Part shown: in pieces, positions 51,777 through 56,396 of the stretch
How positions within the stretch are numbered: the first letter of the stretch is position 1
Layout: each line of letters starts with the position of its first letter
Origin: a virus
Virus record (IMG/VR): IMGVR_UViG_3300045988_043442
Span: 1 to 56,396 of that record
Strand: one strand, 5' to 3'
Length of the DNA stretch: 56,396 nucleotides
Program-made: the position numbers and the translations under genes
The notes under the pieces: model-generated
Seen by the model: the letters and a program-made list of their open reading frames with translations, nothing else
What the model was told of the DNA's origin: nothing
Database searches by the model: none

Positions 51777-51805
51777 CAATGTAGCAGAACTTGAAGAGGT
51801 AGACT

Positions 51806-52600
51806 ATGAATAAAGGTTGGATAAAATTGCATAGGCAACTACTGGATTGTTGGATATGGCAAGCAAATGAACCATTTGACAAGCGTTCAGCTTGGGTTGA
51901 TTTATTGCTTACCGCTAACCATTCAGATACAAAACTATTATTCAATGGAGAAATAATTACAATAACAAGGGGGCAGATTTTAACATCTGTCCGACAGTTA
52001 TCGGTGAAATGGAATTGGAGTGTAAATAGAACATATCGTTTTTTAAAAATGCTAGAAAATGAAAATATGGTGCAAAAAGAAAGCAATGATAATAGAACAC
52101 TTCTAACCATAGTAAATTATAGTGTTTTCCAGTTTTCAGAAAACAGTAATGGAAACACTGACGGACACACCAACGGAAACAGTAGTGGAAACACCGATAG
52201 AACACTTACGGAAACACCAACGGAAACAGTGACGGAACACATACAAGAATGTAAAGAATGTAATAATGACAGAGAATTAAAGAATGATAAGAATATAAAA
52301 GAAAAAGATATTACTAACGTAATATCCAAAAAGAAAAGTTATTACCCAGATGATGAATTACTTGATGAAGCATTTAACGAGTATGTGACAATGCGTAAGA
52401 GAATTAAAAAACCTATATGCACTGACAAGGCATTACACCGAGCTATGAACACTATCGAGAGGCTTTCAAAGGGTGATAACGATTTAGCTGTTAAAATTCT
52501 TAATCAGTCAGTAGACCATTGTTGGCAAGGGCTATTTGCACTAAAGGACAATGAGCCACATTCAGCTAACAAAGGCACCATTGATTGGGACAATGTGTAA
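51806..52600 (+). CDS. Phage replisome organiser (DnaD/G38P-like N-terminal domain)
   Basis: GWIKLHRQLLDCWIW...WVDLLLTANH...RGQILTSVRQLS..W.WS.N...RFL..L. Confidence 0.7.
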   Translation: MNKGWIKLHRQLLDCWIWQANEPFDKRSAWVDLLLTANHSDTKLLFNGEIITITRGQILTSVRQLSVKWNWSVNRTYRFLKMLENENMVQKESNDNRTLLTIVNYSVFQFSENSNGNTDGHTNGNSSGNTDRTLTETPTETVTEHIQECKECNNDRELKNDKNIKEKDITNVISKKKSYYPDDELLDEAFNEYVTMRKRIKKPICTDKALHRAMNTIERLSKGDNDLAVKILNQSVDHCWQGLFALKDNEPHSANKGTIDWDNV

Positions 52601-52613
52601 AGGAGTGATAAAA

Positions 52614-53051
52614 ATGGCAGAAAAAGAATGCAAGGGAGATATGAAACATAATCTTGCGGAAATGTATGCTAAAAATATGGTTGATTATGGAGTTGATGTA
52701 ACTAAAGCATGGCAAACAGCAACACAACAATCATGTGCTTTAGAAAAAGCATATATCCGTGGTAGACAATACGAAGCAGATAGGCTTATCGAATTGAGAA
52801 AAGAATACAATGATGGTTGGATTCCTTGCAGTGAGAGGTTGCCGAAATTTGTATTCAGTGGAGATATGATACAGAAAATGCTTAAAGAAGAATATAACAA
52901 GGCCATTGATGATTTAATTGCAGAATGTGAAAATGCAAAATTCGCAGAAAGTAACGAGATTTCACTATCTGATGTTCACACAGGAGTAAATAGTGGACTA
53001 AGTATGGCTATACATTTTGCAGAACAGTTAAAGGCAGGTGGCGATTCTTGA
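52614..53051 (+). CDS. Hypothetical protein
   Basis: AGGAG RBS. Confidence 0.5.
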   Translation: MAEKECKGDMKHNLAEMYAKNMVDYGVDVTKAWQTATQQSCALEKAYIRGRQYEADRLIELRKEYNDGWIPCSERLPKFVFSGDMIQKMLKEEYNKAIDDLIAECENAKFAESNEISLSDVHTGVNSGLSMAIHFAEQLKAGGDS

Positions 53052-53710
53052 CAAGAGACGAGACAGTTAAAATCATTCGCATAATGTGTGATTGCTACCC
53101 TAACTACAAGCCTAACAACCTATCAGAGACGGTAGATGTGTGGAATATGATGTTGGAAAATTACAGTTATGAACAAGTGTCAGTCGCACTTAAAGCATAC
53201 ATCAACTCTGATATAAGCGGATTTGCTCCAAGCATAGGACAGTTGATAGGTAAAATACAGACAATATCGCAGCCGCAGGAACTTGACGGAATGACAGCTT
53301 GGGGGTTGGTCAGTAAAGCATTAAGGAACGGCACATATGGGGCGGTTGAAGAATTTAACAAGCTACCGCCACTTGTAAAACAGGCGGTTGGTATGCCAGA
53401 CAACCTTAAAAACTGGGCGACATCAGATTATCAGACAATAGAAACAGTAATACAATCAAATTTTCTAAGAACTTACGAAACAGTTGTTAAGCGTGCGAAT
53501 GAAATAAATCGTATGCCGGACAATATCAAATCACTTATCGAAAAGACGAATGCGAATTCGTATAAGGCTCAAATCGAGCAAAAATTCCAAAGAGATATAA
53601 ATACATTACAAATTAAAGAAAATGCCCTTATCGGTCAAAATACAAGCACGGAAGAATATATTGAAGCACCCAAAGAGATACAAGATAGAATTGACAGAAT
53701 GAGAGGTTGA
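53048..53710 (+). CDS. G39P-like helicase loader
   Basis: ETVKIIRIMCDCYPNYK...VDVWNMMLENYSYEQVSVALKAYI...FAPSIGQLI. Confidence 0.6.
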   Translation: MTRDETVKIIRIMCDCYPNYKPNNLSETVDVWNMMLENYSYEQVSVALKAYINSDISGFAPSIGQLIGKIQTISQPQELDGMTAWGLVSKALRNGTYGAVEEFNKLPPLVKQAVGMPDNLKNWATSDYQTIETVIQSNFLRTYETVVKRANEINRMPDNIKSLIEKTNANSYKAQIEQKFQRDINTLQIKENALIGQNTSTEEYIEAPKEIQDRIDRMRG

Positions 53711-54378
53711 TTTTAGTGGAAACAACGCCAATTAGTCCACAAATGAGAATGTATTACAGGCGAAAAGAAGCCGGATTATGCGTAAATTGTGGAAAGCCAC
53801 TTGATATTGCTGGGGTTAAATGTAGCAAATGCCGCGACAGAACAAACAAAGATAGGCGAGAACTTATTAGTTTGTATAAAAAAAATGGAATATGCCCTAT
53901 ATGCCGTAAAAACAATTTATTTGGCGACGAAAAAGAATGTATTGAATGTTCAGCCAAGAGATACGCAAAAAGAATGACATATTATAATTTGAATCCCGAA
54001 AAGTTTAAAGAAAAAGACAGAATCGAGCAGAAAAAAATACGTGAAAAAAGAGCCGCTAACGGTTTATGTGTATATTGTGGCAAAGTTAAAAGTGACGAGA
54101 ATTTTAAAACATGTACCAAGTGCCGCAATAAGCAGAAAATCAAAAAAAGAATAAGGGATGCCAAGAAAAATTACAAACTTGATATTAAACGCGAATGGGT
54201 AATGAATGGCAAATGCTGGTTTTGCGGCGAGCCGGTTTATAATCATTCAAAATTATGTAAAGAGCATTACATTAAGTCTTTAGTTTATGCAAAGAAAAGC
54301 AAGGAAGCGAGGATAAAAAATGAGCAAGCCAGAACAGCGAAGATTTCAACAGCAAATGATGAGAGTTCAAGAAAATAA
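53707..54378 (+). CDS. Multi-CxxC zinc-ribbon basic protein
   Basis: Repeated C-x2-C...C-x2-CR units. Confidence 0.55.
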   Translation: MILVETTPISPQMRMYYRRKEAGLCVNCGKPLDIAGVKCSKCRDRTNKDRRELISLYKKNGICPICRKNNLFGDEKECIECSAKRYAKRMTYYNLNPEKFKEKDRIEQKKIREKRAANGLCVYCGKVKSDENFKTCTKCRNKQKIKKRIRDAKKNYKLDIKREWVMNGKCWFCGEPVYNHSKLCKEHYIKSLVYAKKSKEARIKNEQARTAKISTANDESSRK

Positions 54379-54586
54379 AATTAAAAACAGGCAACAAAAA
54401 GAAAATTTTACATCAGCTTTAATAATTTTTTGTTGGGTTTTGCATGACAAATTTGGATTTGGCGGCAAAAGATTAGAAAAACTTGTAGACGAGATACATG
54501 AGATTATAGAAGCATACAATGGTGGATATATAAATGCAAAAGATTTAATTGAACAGTTAGAAAAGGAAACAGGAATAAAATTTTAA
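54320..54586 (+). CDS. Hypothetical protein
   Basis: ORF overlapping the upstream 3-prime end. The start is uncertain. Confidence 0.45.
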   Translation: MSKPEQRRFQQQMMRVQENKIKNRQQKENFTSALIIFCWVLHDKFGFGGKRLEKLVDEIHEIIEAYNGGYINAKDLIEQLEKETGIKF

Positions 54587-54601
54587 TAAGGAGTATGGCT
54601 T

Positions 54602-55000
54602 ATGAAGTTTTCAGAACTTACTAAGCCGGAGCTTGATGAAATAATTGAAAATGCCAATTTTACAGAAGAAGAATTAAGAATATTTAAGTTGCTTGTAGGT
54701 AACATGAGCCTAGAACAAATTAGCCAAAGACTTATGTTATCTAAAGCAACAGTTTCAAGGAGAGTTAAAGATATAAAAATCAAAATAGAAAGGGCTGACG
54801 AAATGGTTAAAACAATTCCCATATGGGAGAAAGTCACATTAACAGTTGAAGAAGCGTCTGAATATAGCAATATCGGGATTAATAGAATCAGCAATATGCT
54901 TAATGAAATTAGCTGTCCGTTTGTTCTAAAGGTGGGAAATAAGCGGCTTGTTAAGCGTAAAGAATTTGAGAAATATATAGAAAAAAGCAGGGAAATATAG
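54602..55000 (+). CDS. Sigma-70 region-4/LuxR-type HTH fused to an excisionase-type HTH
   Basis: LRIFKLLVGNMSLEQISQRLMLSKATVSRRV, then TVEEASEYSNIGINRISNML...PFVLKVGNKRLVKRKEFEKYI. Directly upstream of int. Confidence 0.55.
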   Translation: MKFSELTKPELDEIIENANFTEEELRIFKLLVGNMSLEQISQRLMLSKATVSRRVKDIKIKIERADEMVKTIPIWEKVTLTVEEASEYSNIGINRISNMLNEISCPFVLKVGNKRLVKRKEFEKYIEKSREI

Positions 55001-55085
55001 AGATATATTGAAATATAAGCTATTGTGTAGTAATATTAATTATCACGCAATAGCTCTTTATTTATTGAAAGGAGAGCTAAAGAAA

Positions 55086-56273
55086 ATGGGAAAGGATTTA
55101 AAAGGCAAAGAGTTAGGAAATGGAATCTGTCAACGAAAGAACGGAAAATATTGCGGTCGTTATGTTGATAGATTCGGCCAGAGAAAAAGCATTTATGACG
55201 ATAAACTGTCAGAATTAAGAAAGAAACTTGCAATTGCAATAGCTGATAGTCAGTCATTTACAAGTGTAAGAGATAGCATCAAGTTGGACGATTGGTTTAA
55301 GCGGTGGGTGGATGTATACAAAAAGAAAAGTGTACGCCCCAATACACTTAGGGAATACACTCACATATACACTAAGAATATATCACCTTTTTTTGGAAAT
55401 CGCAACATAAATTCCTTTGTTAAGTCGGATATTCAACAATTAATTGATATTGCTGACGATAAGGGCTATGGATATGAACGGCAAAGTAAAATTAAAGTTA
55501 TATTATCAGACATGTTTTCAAGAGCGATGGAAGATGAACTTATGCCCAGAAATCCAGCAAAAGGAGTTAGATTAAGGGCAAAAAAGGAAGTTTTCGCTAA
55601 AGCATTGACAGTTGATGAGCAAGAAGCGTTTTTTGAATGTTGTGCCGGCACATTTTACGACAATCTATTCAATATCGCTGTAAATACAGGCTTGCGACCG
55701 GGAGAACTGTTTGCCTTAACTGAAAATGATATTGATTTTGAAAATGGGCTGATAAATGTATCCAAGACGCTTGTATATCAAAAATACCTTGATGATGAAC
55801 GCAAGGAATTCCATTTAGAAGAGCCTAAAACAGAACAAAGTAACAGAAAAGTGCCTATGAACAGCTTATGCAGAAAGTATCTTGAAAGGCAGATAAGGCA
55901 GAAACATGTTATCGAAAGTAAACAACCTAAAGAGCAGAACGACTATTTATTTACAACAAAATTTAATACACCACTCAATTCAGTTTTATACAGTGCGGCG
56001 ATTGATTCTGTTGTAGATACAATAAATCTTGTCCGTTCTGTTGATGAAGAAATGGAATATTTCAGCGGACATACCTTGAGACATACATTTGCGACAAGAT
56101 GTTTTGAAGCAGGTGTTCAACCGAAAGTTGTTCAATCATATTTAGGTCATGCAACATTACAAATGACAATGGATTTATACACACATGTTATGCCACAGAA
56201 AGCAAGTGACGACATTGAAAGAATTGTTAAAAGCAAAAATAAAATTGTTGATTTTGTGAAAAACGTGGTGTAA
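55086..56273 (+). CDS. int: Tyrosine integrase
   Basis: AAAGGAGAG RBS. GLRPGEL, HTLRHTFAT and LGHATLQMTMDLYTHV catalytic motifs. Confidence 0.95.
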   Translation: MGKDLKGKELGNGICQRKNGKYCGRYVDRFGQRKSIYDDKLSELRKKLAIAIADSQSFTSVRDSIKLDDWFKRWVDVYKKKSVRPNTLREYTHIYTKNISPFFGNRNINSFVKSDIQQLIDIADDKGYGYERQSKIKVILSDMFSRAMEDELMPRNPAKGVRLRAKKEVFAKALTVDEQEAFFECCAGTFYDNLFNIAVNTGLRPGELFALTENDIDFENGLINVSKTLVYQKYLDDERKEFHLEEPKTEQSNRKVPMNSLCRKYLERQIRQKHVIESKQPKEQNDYLFTTKFNTPLNSVLYSAAIDSVVDTINLVRSVDEEMEYFSGHTLRHTFATRCFEAGVQPKVVQSYLGHATLQMTMDLYTHVMPQKASDDIERIVKSKNKIVDFVKNVV

Positions 56274-56284
56274 ACGTGGTGTAA
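56263..56284. repeat. Tandem ACGTGGTGTAA x2 overlapping the int stop codon (putative arm sites, P side)
   Basis: Perfect 11-bp tandem repeat. It shares the GTGGTGTAA core with 96..104 (inverted) and the GGTGTA core with 140..187. Confidence 0.6.
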
Positions 56285-56340
56285 ATATACGCCACATTCT
56301 AATTAAAAACCCAGTGTTTATGCTATTTAGGAGATTAAAA

Positions 56341-56396
56341 ATGTATAATATTTTAGAAACTTATTATGTTTATCAGATAACTCCGTATATTCTTGA
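56341..56396 (+). CDS. ORF start (RBS plus ATG) running through the 36-bp repeat and off the window end
   Basis: AGGAG lies 7 nt before ATG 56341. MYNILETYYVYQITPYIL... is open to the last base. Confidence 0.3.
   Translation, partial: MYNILETYYVYQITPYIL
56361..56396. repeat. Right copy of 36-bp terminal direct repeat
   Basis: Identical to 1..36. Confidence 0.95.

Larger units (their letters stand above)
1..56396. mobile_element. Complete temperate siphovirus-type phage/prophage (integration, switch, replication/recombination, packaging, head, tail, lysis modules)
   Basis: Module content read from ORF translations. Identical 36-mers sit at both window ends. The integrase and xis-like genes abut the right end. 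Confidence 0.9.

Overview
This AT-rich 56.4-kb window looks like one complete temperate siphovirus-type phage or prophage of a low-GC Gram-positive (probably clostridial) host. It is bounded by identical 36-bp repeats (1..36 and 56361..56396). Reading left to right, it contains:
- an attP-like arm region with GGTGTA repeats;
- a plus-strand cargo cluster of compositionally odd proteins (411..3872);
- a minus-strand accessory block (4166..7299);
- a long plus-strand array holding small early/middle genes, a TerS-like gene, MazG, DUF3310, two tRNAs and a tRNA-like RNA;
- TerL, portal, scaffold, decoration and capsid genes, head-tail genes with an embedded holin cassette, major tail protein, frameshifted tail chaperones, tape measure, a lipoprotein moron and a 1438-aa tail fibre;
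- a GH25 endolysin;
- a divergent XRE-repressor switch at 38.1-38.6 kb;
- an antirepressor and a recombination module (tandem-OB protein, SMC-like ATPase, RecT-like protein, frameshifted MBL gene, canonical SSB);
- GIY-YIG nuclease, orphan DNA methyltransferase, replisome organiser plus G39P-like loader, xis-like gene and tyrosine integrase.

The most unusual signal is the minus-strand operon 7299..5319. All four consecutive intercistronic spacers between its last five genes (7140..5319) carry GC-rich structured RNAs. Two fit type II hammerhead ribozymes with compensatory changes between copies, and two look like tRNA acceptor/T-arm mimics. Other notable items:
- a hok-like small hydrophobic ORF flanked by 28-bp inverted repeats;
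- a split tRNA-like RNA with a G:U acceptor pair;
- a 5-nt insertion breaking the HxHxDH motif of the MBL gene.

All calls rest on reading the sequence and recalling family motifs. No searches or folding programs were run.
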